From positions 1 through 40,794 of the IMG/VR virus record IMGVR_UViG_3300018069_000018: a DNA stretch of 40,794 nt; one strand, given 5' to 3'. Origin of the DNA: a virus. Below are positions 8,390 to 18,209 of this stretch, one piece after another. Below the pieces are notes generated by a model, which saw only the letters and a list, made by a program, of their open reading frames with translations, was not told the DNA's origin and made no database searches. How positions within the stretch are numbered: position 1 is the stretch's first letter; each line of letters opens with the position of its first letter. The position numbers were made by a program, and so were the translations under genes.

Positions 8390-8625
8390 ACTGGTTTTGG
8401 GCGGGGCTGACTTCAAGTAGATTATGGATACCACCGTGTACTGTCGGGCCGTATTACCGGGGCCGGGGGGTGTGTTGGGGGTAATGGCTGTGGCAGTGAA
8501 ACCCCGGACTATACGCCCGGTGTACTCGCGTTTATCATACCGGCGTCCGATGATTCTGGCAAGCACGCACGAGCGCGTGCCCCAGCCTTCTGGTCCTCGT
8601 TGATAGCGAGGGCTACTCGATAGCC

Positions 8626-9336
8626 ATGTCCATCGCCACCAACTCCCCAGGCCACCGTCTCCGCAGTACCACGTACAACTGCGAGCACGACGGCTGCAAG
8701 GGCGTCGTCACCCAGCGGGACGCCGTCGAGGGATCGTACTGTAGTCGCGAATGCTACCATCGATCCCGCGGCCAACGTCTCCTGAACGTCATCAAGCACG
8801 ACCACCGGTACTGCTACACGTGCTTCCGCCCGCTCAAGGACGTCCACCGGCCGTCTGAGGAGTGGCAGGGACGGAAAACCCAGCCCGTCGAGATTGCGCT
8901 CGACCAGGGCGCCGAATTCGCCTCGGGGCCCGACGGCACGCTCGAACTGGATGCGTCCGAGTGCGTCTACCGGAAGGCAATCGACCCGACGTCGGTCATC
9001 GGCTTCCAGCACTGGAGCGAACACGCAACCCGCGGTGAGGTCCGCGTCGAACGCCCCGACGGCGTCCCCGACGACACGCGCATCGGCCTCGTCTGTACGT
9101 GCGGCCAAACTCATCACGCGGACCGCGACGACATCATCCAGAGCGCAGACATCAAAGGCGTCGTCGAACACCTCCACGCGACACTCGAGTCACTCCGCGA
9201 GGAAGGCCAGCACTCCACCCACGTGGACTTCGACGCGCTCGTCGATGTCCTGTACGCACAGTACCAGCACGACCCTGGGTATGACTTCCCGGTCGCGGTT
9301 GGCATCGCCGCTGAAGCTGGTGATCGTGATGCCTGA
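8626..9336 (+). CDS. Zinc-finger protein, possible late-gene regulator
   Basis: CEHDGC, YCSREC, CYTC and CTCGQTH motifs; lies upstream of the late operon. The regulatory role is inferred from position. Confidence 0.7.
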   Translation: MSIATNSPGHRLRSTTYNCEHDGCKGVVTQRDAVEGSYCSRECYHRSRGQRLLNVIKHDHRYCYTCFRPLKDVHRPSEEWQGRKTQPVEIALDQGAEFASGPDGTLELDASECVYRKAIDPTSVIGFQHWSEHATRGEVRVERPDGVPDDTRIGLVCTCGQTHHADRDDIIQSADIKGVVEHLHATLESLREEGQHSTHVDFDALVDVLYAQYQHDPGYDFPVAVGIAAEAGDRDA

Positions 9337-9520
9337 GTTCGAGCCGGACACGATCGTCACCGCGGAGATCGCCGGCGAGGAGGTCCCGGGGATGGTCGTC
9401 GGCGAGGGCGAACTCAAAGCATCCTACGGCCTCGGCCCGGAGCTCTACTATCCGGTGGAGGTGCCGGGTGCTGGCACCTACAACGTCGCCAAGTCGGACA
9501 TCACGGCGCCGACGACGTAG
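9329..9520 (+). CDS. Hypothetical protein (63 aa)
   Basis: ATG overlaps the upstream gene end; acidic. Confidence 0.65.
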   Translation: MPEFEPDTIVTAEIAGEEVPGMVVGEGELKASYGLGPELYYPVEVPGAGTYNVAKSDITAPTT

Positions 9521-9855
9521 TCCAGTCCCCGATGACCCGGTGGTCTGCCAGGACTGCTGGACGGGAAGGGACTGTACCGCACGCACACCGCATCCCGTAC
9601 GTCGCTTCGAGGGCGTCGAGCCAGGGACCGATCCACTGGGGTGGCAGTAGGGCCCGACCATGCGTGGACTACCCCGTGGACAACACGGGCCCCACGCGTC
9701 GGGCGCGGTGCGACTCCGGCCACCCCATTCTCTTTTCCATACCAGAGCACAGCCTCGCCCCGCTTCCAGGCGGCGCGATTCACGATCGAGCGAGGACCTC
9801 CGATGACTCCGCACCGATTCACCAGCCAGCACGCCGCCTGGCTGATGCATGCATC

Positions 9856-10188
9856 ATGAGCACCGACCACGCAGACCGGCCGTGGTACTGCCGGGACGAC
9901 GTCGTCGACGAGTACCGCAGTACGCTGACCACTGGCGGTGAGAGGTTGCCGATGCTCAAAGCCCTCAAAATCCTACGCGCCATCGTCGTCAACCTCGGCC
10001 TCCTCGCACTCACTGGGTACTCGATTCGCCGGGGCGGCGACCCGACCCTACTCGGATTCACCGCGCTGACGGTGATCGGCGCGTACAACGGCCTCGAGCT
10101 CGGCGACTACCTCGCCCTCGTCCAGGCGTACAAGGAAGTCCAGCAGACCACCGCCGACCCCAACGACAGCAACGGAGACAACTCATGA
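9856..10188 (+). CDS. Small membrane protein, holin-like (110 aa)
   Basis: Two hydrophobic helices (ILRAIVVNLGLLALTGYSI; LLGFTALTVIGAY); located before the terminase genes. Confidence 0.6.
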   Translation: MSTDHADRPWYCRDDVVDEYRSTLTTGGERLPMLKALKILRAIVVNLGLLALTGYSIRRGGDPTLLGFTALTVIGAYNGLELGDYLALVQAYKEVQQTTADPNDSNGDNS

Positions 10189-10793
10189 CTCCCGAACGCA
10201 TCATCGCCCAGCTCGTCTCAATCGCCGTAGAGCGCCCCGAACAGACGGCCGGCGTCATCGGCGCACTCGCGACCGTGCTTGTGCACTACCGGAAGACCGG
10301 GAGTGTCCCGCTCGGCCGGCTGCCGTGGCGCTCCATCAAGCAGAGCGTTCGCGAGCTCGGCAACCAGTACTTCGACCGCCCTCGGCCCAAGGGTGTCCCC
10401 GCACTCGTCGTCGACGCGAAGCCCGGCGACCTCGAAGACAAGCTCCGCGACGAGCACTTCGAGTCTGTTGACCTCTACTCCTACGAGTACAAGGATGAGG
10501 CGTGGAACCTCCGCCGCCCCGAGGGCACCCGTTCGCATCCCGAGACGGGCGCCCCAGTCGCGATGGAACTCCACCCGCGGGGGTTCCTAACGTCGGATGG
10601 GCGGACGCTTCTTCCGGCGCACGACGAAGCCTCGAGGTTTGAGGCGTACGGCCCACACCTCAACGAAGTCCTCCTCTCGTGGCAGCGTGGTCGCGACGGG
10701 ATGGTGGAGGTCCTCGACCAGCTGGACGTCGAGTACGAGGAAGTGGAGAGCGAACAGACGGCGGACATCACCGTCGAACCACCAGAAAACTGA
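10185..10793 (+). CDS. Hypothetical protein (202 aa)
   Basis: ATGA overlap; short hydrophobic N-terminal stretch, acidic body. Confidence 0.75.
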   Translation: MTPERIIAQLVSIAVERPEQTAGVIGALATVLVHYRKTGSVPLGRLPWRSIKQSVRELGNQYFDRPRPKGVPALVVDAKPGDLEDKLRDEHFESVDLYSYEYKDEAWNLRRPEGTRSHPETGAPVAMELHPRGFLTSDGRTLLPAHDEASRFEAYGPHLNEVLLSWQRGRDGMVEVLDQLDVEYEEVESEQTADITVEPPEN

Positions 10794-10844
10794 CACATCC
10801 AACGCGTTCCGCCTTCCTGGACAGCCGACGTCCACCCGCCCTAC

Positions 10845-10856
10845 TTAAAGTATAAA
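10845..10856 (+). promoter_or_regulatory. Putative TATA box of the packaging/structural operon
   Basis: TTAAAGTATAAA AT island about 35 nt upstream of ATG 10891. Confidence 0.55.
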
Positions 10857-10890
10857 TTCAGTCGCGACGCCACGCGACACCCCTACCCCC

Positions 10891-11616
10891 ATGTCCAACC
10901 GCGACCGCCGAGTGACGCTCGCCCTGAAGTGGCATCATCTCGACAACCTCTCTCCCAAGGAGGTTCGGGATCGCTTCGAAGCCGAGGGTATCGCGGACCT
11001 CACGGTTTCGACGATTCGGGACTACCTCAACGAGGAGCCCAAGGAGGAGGTCCTGGAGATGATCGAGGCCGAGCACGCGGACGTCCGGCTGCAGGCGGCG
11101 GAGCGTTTCGAACGCCTGTACCAGCAGGCGCGGGAGGATCACGACGAGTTGGCGGTTGAGGATGAGCCGGTGCGGCGGGTCGTCCCGGAGATGACGCGCC
11201 TCCGGGAGAATCGGGACGCGTTCCAGATGCCGAACTGGGAGGTCATCGAGCCGGGGGACGAAGACTGGCCGGCGCACGCCAGCCCGCGGGACCTCCGTAT
11301 TCGGTTCACGGACGAGCGCGTGTTTATCGAGCCGGGCGACAAGTATCCGGTCCGGAACGAGATCGACGGCAGTCCGGTGTACACGACTGAGATGATCGGG
11401 CTTGAGCGGGATGTTCCGGAGTTGTCGCAGCGCCAGTCGGCGCGTGGGGAGATGAGCCAGCACATGCAGGCGAAGGCGGACGTCATGGGTGTCTACAGTA
11501 CGGACATCAACCTCGACGTCGACGGCGAACTCGAGACGTCCGTCTCCCTCGACGAGGAGGCAGCCGCGGCCATCCGGGAGGCGACCAGTCCGACGTCGGG
11601 TGAGAGCGATGAGTAG
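10891..11616 (+). CDS. Terminase small subunit (putative)
   Basis: N-terminal HTH (LSPKEVRDRF..LTVSTIRDYL); directly upstream of and overlapping terL. Confidence 0.7.
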   Translation: MSNRDRRVTLALKWHHLDNLSPKEVRDRFEAEGIADLTVSTIRDYLNEEPKEEVLEMIEAEHADVRLQAAERFERLYQQAREDHDELAVEDEPVRRVVPEMTRLRENRDAFQMPNWEVIEPGDEDWPAHASPRDLRIRFTDERVFIEPGDKYPVRNEIDGSPVYTTEMIGLERDVPELSQRQSARGEMSQHMQAKADVMGVYSTDINLDVDGELETSVSLDEEAAAAIREATSPTSGESDE

Positions 11617-13207
11617 TACCCAGCAGGACGCCGGCGACGGCGTCGAGGTGGAACTCTCCCCCGCGGAGATCCGTGCCGCGTACAATCCCTTCGAGCACGG
11701 GTGCTGGCTGGAGTTCGCGAACAAGCTCACCGAGGGCTACATGGACGCGGAGTTCGACAACTGGAGTCCGCTCGGCGACCACCACGACCAGTGGCTCCGG
11801 CACCTCGCCGGCGAGGCCGACGTCGACGGCGACCTCGCACTCCTCTGCCATAGGGACGGCCTGAAGACCACCATCATCACCGCGTACGCCGTCGCCTGCC
11901 TGGAGTACCTCGACGGCTACCGCGTCATCTGGGCGATGAACACCCAGGACCAGGCCTACGAGAAGGCCGACGATGAACTGAACAAGTTCATCGATCGGAA
12001 CCCGTGGCTCTTGAACCTGAACAAGCCCCGGGAGAAGGACTCCAAGAAGAAAAAAGAGTTCGCGAACGGCAGCAGTCTGACGACCGGCTGGCTCAAGGGC
12101 GCCATCGAGGGTGCGCGCGCACACCTGCTCATCCTCGACGACATCATCACCGAGCAAGGAGACGGGACGACCGAGAGCGTTCTGAACTGGGTGGACGGCG
12201 TCGCCCAGCCGATGGTCAAAGACAACGGCCGCACCGTCATGGTCGGCACGCGCAAGCGCCCGGACGACATCTACAGCCACTACCGTGACTACGAAGGCTA
12301 CGCACTCCGCGAGTTCCCTGCCATCCTGGACGTCTGGGATCAGGAGCACGGCGAGGACGACGACCACCAAGACAGACGGCCCGATGAGGATTTTTACACG
12401 GAGGTCGAGAACCCGTGGAGTTCGGGGACGCTCCAAGTGCTGTGGCCCGAAGTCCGTGGCCCCGAGTGGCTGGCGGGGAAGCGCTCGAAGATGGCGGACT
12501 ACCTCTTCTGGCGCGAGTACACCCTGACGATCCGGGGTGCCAGCGGGAACCTCATCGAGGAGGCGGACGTCAACCGCCTCGTCGACGACGGCGGCTGCAG
12601 CATCCGCGGCCAAGAGCCACCCCGGGAACTGACGCCCGGCGCCGGCGAGGCCACGATCGTCGCGCATGACCCCGCCCAGTCCGACACGGGAGACAACGCG
12701 GCGTTCGTCGCGTTCCGCGTCGGTGCGGATGGACGTCGTCGCCTGCTCGAGGCGAAGGCCGAGAAGGGGATGCAGCCCTCGGCGGTGAAGGCGACGCTGG
12801 CGGACCTCGACGACCGCTACGACCCAGCCGTCGTCGTCATCGAGAGCAATGGGATGCAGCAGTACGTGGCGAACGACGCCGTCGAGTTCTCCGCGTCGCT
12901 GCGCGCGAAGGTCACGGGCATCCCGACGACCGGGAAGAAACACAGCTGGGAGAACGGCATCCCGCGGCTGCGGCGGCTCGTCGAGAATGGTGGCATCCAG
13001 TTCTACCGGGGGCACTCGGGGACCGAGGAGTTCGTGCAGGCGGCGATGAGCCTCACGCTCCAGGACGGGAAGCTGCAGGGTCACACGCCGGACCTCATCG
13101 CGGCGTGGTACATGGCCGAGCAGGGCATCCGCCACCTCGAGGGCATCGGCGCGCTCGACGAGGACAGCGATGACGACGATAGTGGAGGTGCGGTCACCCA
13201 TCTATGA
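11609..13207 (+). CDS. terL: Terminase large subunit (532 aa)
   Basis: Walker A variant HRDGLKTT, Walker B LLILDD, coupling motif VGT, RNase H-like nuclease AHDPA..D and C-terminal PDLIAA. Confidence 0.92.
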   Translation: MSSTQQDAGDGVEVELSPAEIRAAYNPFEHGCWLEFANKLTEGYMDAEFDNWSPLGDHHDQWLRHLAGEADVDGDLALLCHRDGLKTTIITAYAVACLEYLDGYRVIWAMNTQDQAYEKADDELNKFIDRNPWLLNLNKPREKDSKKKKEFANGSSLTTGWLKGAIEGARAHLLILDDIITEQGDGTTESVLNWVDGVAQPMVKDNGRTVMVGTRKRPDDIYSHYRDYEGYALREFPAILDVWDQEHGEDDDHQDRRPDEDFYTEVENPWSSGTLQVLWPEVRGPEWLAGKRSKMADYLFWREYTLTIRGASGNLIEEADVNRLVDDGGCSIRGQEPPRELTPGAGEATIVAHDPAQSDTGDNAAFVAFRVGADGRRRLLEAKAEKGMQPSAVKATLADLDDRYDPAVVVIESNGMQQYVANDAVEFSASLRAKVTGIPTTGKKHSWENGIPRLRRLVENGGIQFYRGHSGTEEFVQAAMSLTLQDGKLQGHTPDLIAAWYMAEQGIRHLEGIGALDEDSDDDDSGGAVTHL

Positions 13208-13320
13208 CTCAGGATACCCAGGACGACTCCCGCGAGAAGCACGGCATCAAAGGCGGCACCGAGACCGTCGACAAACTCCGATCGACACTCGAAGAGGACA
13301 CGGAGGCGGACGATGAGTGA
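13204..13320 (+). CDS. Small acidic protein (38 aa), not in ORF track
   Basis: MTQDTQDDSREKHGIK..; ATGA overlap with the terL stop, and its end overlaps the next ATG. Confidence 0.5.
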   Translation: MTQDTQDDSREKHGIKGGTETVDKLRSTLEEDTEADDE

Positions 13321-13495
13321 GGAAGGCCCGAAGATCTGGATCGAGCACTACGACCTCAACGTCGGCGTCGTCGGCGGTGACAGCGACACCCTCGACGACG
13401 TCAAGGAGGTCTTCGACGAAGAGCTCGAGAAAGCCCTCGAGAACGACCCGAAGATCGGTGAGGGAGACGTCGACGACACTCGGGGGGTGCAGTGA
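13313..13495 (+). CDS. Hypothetical protein (60 aa)
   Basis: Coupled between terL and portal; acidic. Confidence 0.65.
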   Translation: MSEEGPKIWIEHYDLNVGVVGGDSDTLDDVKEVFDEELEKALENDPKIGEGDVDDTRGVQ

Positions 13496-15357
13496 TGAGT
13501 GCCGACGACTCGGGGGACGTCTCCGTCACGGTCTCAAAACTCGGCGACGGCAGCGGCGCCATGTCGAAAGCCAGGGAGACCACCCAACTCGACGAACGCC
13601 ACATCCCCACCGGCCGCGGCTGGGGTATCCGCCCGCCGTACCCGCCGGAGACGCTGGCTGCGTTCACCGAACTCAACGAAACGCACGCCGCGTCCATCCG
13701 CAAGAAGGCGCGCTGGGAAGCCGGCTACGGCTTCAACATCACCCCGCACATGTCGGTCGACCCGGAGGACGCCAGCGACAGCGAGCGCGACACCGTCGAG
13801 GAGTTCTGGTACGGCAGCCGGTCGAAATGGCAGACTGGTCCTGAGCACACGCCGGCGACCACACCGACGGAAGTCCTCGAGCTCGCGCGGATGGACTACC
13901 ACATGATCGGCTGGTGCGCCCTCGAAATCCTCGTCGCCCCCAACGGCACACCCACCGGACTCGCGCACGTCCCAGCGACGACCGTCCGCGTGCGAAAGAC
14001 CGAGACGGAGACCGACGACGGCGAGACAATCGTGACGTCGGGCCACGGCTACGTCCAGCGCCGCCACGGCCAGCGCCGGTACTTCGGCGAGGCCGGCGAC
14101 CGCTACGTCGACGAAGACGACCCCAGCGACGAGCGCGTGTTCGTCGACAAGGAAACCGGGGACGTCGCCCGTGGCAGCGCCGAACCCCTGGACAACGACC
14201 CGGCGAACGAGCTCATCTTCATCCCGAACCCGTCCCCCATCGCGACCTACTACGGGATTCCGGACTGGATCAGCGCGATGGAGACGATGTCGATGGACCA
14301 GGCGGCGAAGCGCTACAACCGAGACAAGCTCGAGCACTTCGGCATCAGCCACTTCGCGGTCATCGTCAAGGGCGGCACCCTCACAGAGGAGTCCAAAGAG
14401 GAGCTCCGGGAGATGCTCGAGGACCTCGAAGACAACCCCCACCGCGCGTCCGTACTGGAGGTCGAGAAGCTCCAGGAGGAAGCGAACGACCTCGCCCTCG
14501 AAGGCGAGAATGGTAGTGATATCGAAGTGGAGTTGCGGCCGCTCGCCGGCGACAACGCCGGCCAGATGGACTACGAGACACTGCGCAAGGAGGCCGAGCA
14601 GGACATCGCGAAAGTCCACGAAGTCCCCCCAATCCTCTACAACCGCCCCGGCCAGTCGAATCGAGGAAACTCGAAAGAACAGGTCCGGGAGTTCGCCGAG
14701 GAAGTCATCGCGCCCGAACAGCAGAAGTTCGAAGCGCGGCTCTACGAGATCCTCCACAAGACGGCGCTTGACGTCACCGACTGGACAATCGAATTCGAGC
14801 TGAAGGGCGCCGATCGCCCCGACCGGGACGCGACGATCGCGCGGAAGCGCATCGGCGCGTCGAACGGCACGCTCACCGTCGACGAGGCGCGGGCCGAGCT
14901 CGACAAGGACCCGCTGCCTGACGAGCACGACGTCGACGGCGACACGCTACTGGCAGACCTCAGTGGCCGCCGGAACGTCTCGGGGCCATCACCAACTGAG
15001 CCACGGCCAGAGGACGCACCGCCGACCGAGAACATGGTCGGCACGCGCCAAGCGGTCGACGTTGACCGGCAGGCCGCCAAGGACGAAGACAACGACGAGG
15101 TCCAGATGCAGGAGTTCGACTCCTCGAATATCCACTCGGCGCTCTACCAGAGCGTGACCGAGGACCTCTACGTCCGCTTCCACGGCCACGATGGCAAGAC
15201 GGACCGGATCTACGTCTACCTCGGCGTCCAAGAGGACGAGTGGGAGTCCTGGCTGGCGGCCGACTCCGCAGGCTCGTACCACTACGAGAACATCCGGATG
15301 TCGTACCCGTACGAGGAGCTGACGAACACGACCGGCTGGCCGCAGATCGGACAGTAA
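13495..15357 (+). CDS. Portal protein with C-terminal KTSC domain
   Basis: Position after terL; portal-type motifs (YYGIPDW, IAKVHEVPP, LTVDEARAEL); C-terminus FDSSNIHS..LYVRFH..YVYLGV..SAGSYHYENIR is KTSC-like. Confidence 0.88.
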   Translation: MSADDSGDVSVTVSKLGDGSGAMSKARETTQLDERHIPTGRGWGIRPPYPPETLAAFTELNETHAASIRKKARWEAGYGFNITPHMSVDPEDASDSERDTVEEFWYGSRSKWQTGPEHTPATTPTEVLELARMDYHMIGWCALEILVAPNGTPTGLAHVPATTVRVRKTETETDDGETIVTSGHGYVQRRHGQRRYFGEAGDRYVDEDDPSDERVFVDKETGDVARGSAEPLDNDPANELIFIPNPSPIATYYGIPDWISAMETMSMDQAAKRYNRDKLEHFGISHFAVIVKGGTLTEESKEELREMLEDLEDNPHRASVLEVEKLQEEANDLALEGENGSDIEVELRPLAGDNAGQMDYETLRKEAEQDIAKVHEVPPILYNRPGQSNRGNSKEQVREFAEEVIAPEQQKFEARLYEILHKTALDVTDWTIEFELKGADRPDRDATIARKRIGASNGTLTVDEARAELDKDPLPDEHDVDGDTLLADLSGRRNVSGPSPTEPRPEDAPPTENMVGTRQAVDVDRQAAKDEDNDEVQMQEFDSSNIHSALYQSVTEDLYVRFHGHDGKTDRIYVYLGVQEDEWESWLAADSAGSYHYENIRMSYPYEELTNTTGWPQIGQ

Positions 15358-15428
15358 CAGTAGCATCCTGATGACCGCGGGCGCGCCCGACGACCCGCGC
15401 GAGGACTACCGGGACGACGGTTCTTACG

Positions 15429-17156
15429 ATGACAGACTACGAGAGTCGCCAGTTCACCAAGCAGGTCGCCATCAAGGCGACCGACGACGCCGAGCAGATA
15501 GCCACGGGGCTTGCGCTCACAGCCGACGAGGTCGACCACCAGCTCGACTTCTTCCGGCCGGACGGGGTCGAAGCGATGTACAACCCCAGTCCGGACCACG
15601 GCGTGATGCACGGCCGGTTCCCGGACGACGATGCCGAGCTCGTCCGGAACGAGGTCCTCGACGAGCCCGAGGAGATCGACGGCGCCGCGTTCGAGGCTGG
15701 CGACTGGGTCGTCCAGCGCCAGTACCACAACGACGACCTCTGGGAGTTCGTCGAGCGCGGCGTACTCAACGGCTACAGCATCGGCGGCCAGGTCACCGAA
15801 GCCATCGAGTACGACTCGGTCGACGACCTGCCGGACGACGTCGACATCCCCGACGTGGTCGACCCCGAGGCGGTCGACGACAAGTACCACCCACCGACAG
15901 AGGTGACGAACGGGTTCGTCAACGAAGTCTCCGACGTCGACATCCCGGCGGTCGTCTCCGCACAGTTCGCGACCACGAAGACTGACAAGTCGATTGTCGA
16001 CGACGTCGCCGGCGAGGACGAGTTCGTCGACGTCATGACCAGCCGTGGTCACGACGAGGCGGACGTCCGCGACCTCTGGAGCTACCTCGAGTCGATTGAA
16101 GCTGGCGACGACAAACATGCAATGACCAAGTCACAGACAGACTCCGACGCCGACGCGCCCGACCTCGACGACGAGGACGTCGGCTTCCTGAAACGCCTCC
16201 GAAAGGCGGTCAGCAAGAGCGACGCCGACTCGGAGCCCGATGACGACGTGAGTCCCCCGCCGGGGCAGTCCGAGGTCTCCGACGTCGCGCTCGCGAAAGC
16301 CCTCGCCGCGACGAAGGAAGGGCGGCCGCTGAACGCCGACAACCGGGAGGCCCTGATGGCGGCCCACGACGCGGTCGAAGCCGCGCTGGCGTCGGACATG
16401 AACCTCGAGACGAATCGGTTTACAGACGACCCCGAGTCGGACTTCGACCTCACCGCGTACGCCGACAAGTTCGGCGGCAACGACGACGACGATGATGATG
16501 GCGAGAAGGCTGCTCCGGTCGAGAAGCTGACCGAGGAGCAAGGCGACCTCGTCGTCAACGCGCTCCAGCGCTTCGTCGACAACCAAGGCGAAGCGCCGTT
16601 CGCGGACTTCTCCTCGTGGATCTGGAAGACGGACGTCCTCGACGACGACACGGCGTTCGCGGCCGACGAGGCCGTCTGGCAGTACCGCGAGTACGTCCGC
16701 CAGCAGCGCGACGAGACGCCGGTCACTGAGGACTTCGCAGACTGGGTGGCCGAAGAGTCCGACACCGACACCGACCTCACCATGAGCAAGAACGACAACA
16801 GCAGCGGCGACGATGGCGATCCGTTCGCTGACGCCCCGGAGTGGGCGAAGGCACTGAAAGAACAGCAGGAACAGAACAGCGACCGCATCGACGACGCGCT
16901 CGACAAGTCCGACGCCGACGGCGGAGCGGACGGCGACGATACGGACAAGGCGTTCGAGGATGCCCCGGAATGGGCGAAGGCGCTGAAAGAACAGCAGGAG
17001 AAGAACGCCGACCGAATCGAGACGATCTCGAAGCAGACCGGCGCGAGCCAGCAGCTCGACGGCGTGGAAAAGGACGGCGAGGACGGCGACCTGTCTGAGG
17101 ATTCGTCGAAGTTCAAGAAGGCGCTCGGCGGCGGCGTTGGCGGAGGTGCCAACTGA
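15429..17156 (+). CDS. Prohead protease (XkdF-like) fused to an acidic scaffold region
   Basis: EQIATGLAL..DEVDHQLD..GVMH..NGYSIGG pattern; duplicated APEWAKALKEQQE helices near the C-terminus; lies between portal and capsid. Confidence 0.82.
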   Translation: MTDYESRQFTKQVAIKATDDAEQIATGLALTADEVDHQLDFFRPDGVEAMYNPSPDHGVMHGRFPDDDAELVRNEVLDEPEEIDGAAFEAGDWVVQRQYHNDDLWEFVERGVLNGYSIGGQVTEAIEYDSVDDLPDDVDIPDVVDPEAVDDKYHPPTEVTNGFVNEVSDVDIPAVVSAQFATTKTDKSIVDDVAGEDEFVDVMTSRGHDEADVRDLWSYLESIEAGDDKHAMTKSQTDSDADAPDLDDEDVGFLKRLRKAVSKSDADSEPDDDVSPPPGQSEVSDVALAKALAATKEGRPLNADNREALMAAHDAVEAALASDMNLETNRFTDDPESDFDLTAYADKFGGNDDDDDDGEKAAPVEKLTEEQGDLVVNALQRFVDNQGEAPFADFSSWIWKTDVLDDDTAFAADEAVWQYREYVRQQRDETPVTEDFADWVAEESDTDTDLTMSKNDNSSGDDGDPFADAPEWAKALKEQQEQNSDRIDDALDKSDADGGADGDDTDKAFEDAPEWAKALKEQQEKNADRIETISKQTGASQQLDGVEKDGEDGDLSEDSSKFKKALGGGVGGGAN

Positions 17157-17157
17157 C

Positions 17158-18198
17158 ATGACTGACATCCAAGACGCACGCGACGCGAACACGCAGGCAG
17201 TACAGAAGCAGACCATCGACACCTCGCAGCTGAACGGCGCACAGCTCCCGCGAGATCTCTTCGAGCGGTTCATCGAGCGCCAGCAGCGCGAAGCCACGCT
17301 GCTGTCGGACGTCCGCGTCGAGACGCTGCCGCGCCTCGAAATGGGCGTCCCGAAGCTCGGCGTCCCCGAGCTCTCCGGGAGCGTCCGGAGCGAGGGCGGC
17401 GAGGACGCCACCGGGACCGACAACGCTGACGCGGAGACGGGGTCGGTGGAGTTCAACGCGACCGGCCAGTCGTACTACATCCAGTACGACCTGGAGCGCG
17501 ACGCGGTGAAGAACGTCATCACCAGCGAGGACGCCGTCGCGGACGTCATCCTCTCGCACTTCGAGCGCGCGTGGGGTAACGACGTCCAGAACATCGGCAT
17601 CAACGCCGGCCGGAGTGGGAGCGGGCTGCCGGCGCAGTTCAACGACACGTTCGACGGCTGGATCTCCATCGCCGAAGGCAACGACACTGCGTCCGACCGG
17701 ATCGGGACGGGCGAAGAGGCGGACGCCTCGACGATGCCGACGTACGACCACTCGGACAGCAACGGGAACGCGCAGCCGGTGAACACCGCGCTGTTCAACG
17801 CGATGATTCAGACGGTGCCCGAGCGGTACCGCGACCCGGACACGCTGCAGTTCCACACCTCGAAGAGCCAGGTCCAGGACTACCTCTACCGGCTCACCGA
17901 GCGTGAGGACGCCCTGGGCGCGGCGGCCGTGATGGGTGACAGCGACATCACGCCCTTCGAGTACGACGTCATCGGCCGGTCGTACTGGCCGGACGACGTC
18001 ATGATGCTCGTCGACCCGCAGAACCTCGTCTACGGGCTCTTCGAGGAGGTCGAGATCACCCAGCTCACGCAGACCGACCAGACGATGGAGCGCCGCCTCC
18101 ACTCGCGGAACCTCCTGGAAGGGCAGTTCGACTTCCAGATCGAGGAGCTGCAGGCGGGCGCGCTCGGCACGAACATCGCGGCGCCGACCACGGTCTGA
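17158..18198 (+). CDS. Major capsid protein (HK97 fold)
   Basis: 346 aa after the protease; LPRDLFERFIE.., FERAWGNDVQNIGING pattern typical of HK97-fold capsids. Confidence 0.85.
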   Translation: MTDIQDARDANTQAVQKQTIDTSQLNGAQLPRDLFERFIERQQREATLLSDVRVETLPRLEMGVPKLGVPELSGSVRSEGGEDATGTDNADAETGSVEFNATGQSYYIQYDLERDAVKNVITSEDAVADVILSHFERAWGNDVQNIGINAGRSGSGLPAQFNDTFDGWISIAEGNDTASDRIGTGEEADASTMPTYDHSDSNGNAQPVNTALFNAMIQTVPERYRDPDTLQFHTSKSQVQDYLYRLTEREDALGAAAVMGDSDITPFEYDVIGRSYWPDDVMMLVDPQNLVYGLFEEVEITQLTQTDQTMERRLHSRNLLEGQFDFQIEELQAGALGTNIAAPTTV

Positions 18199-18209
18199 GG
18201 TGACTCCTG

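Noticed and set aside
8390-8566. N-terminal extension of the lipoprotein in the ORF track
   Set aside because: The Tat signal requires the start at 8389; the extension covers the promoter region.
9700-9720. Second tRNA gene or att remnant at GGTGCGACTCC
   Set aside because: No acceptor, D or anticodon arms can be built, and there is no identity to the att core.
15377-15402. GC hairpin between portal and protease as a regulatory RNA
   Set aside because: A 6-bp GC stem is expected by chance at this GC content; nothing else supports it.
11507-17456. Long minus-strand ORFs (11507-13201, 13534-14928, 15282-16118, 16082-17242, 16131-17456)
   Set aside because: They are shadows of terL, portal and protease; Val/Leu/Arg- or Ser-rich and unlike the acidic haloarchaeal proteome.
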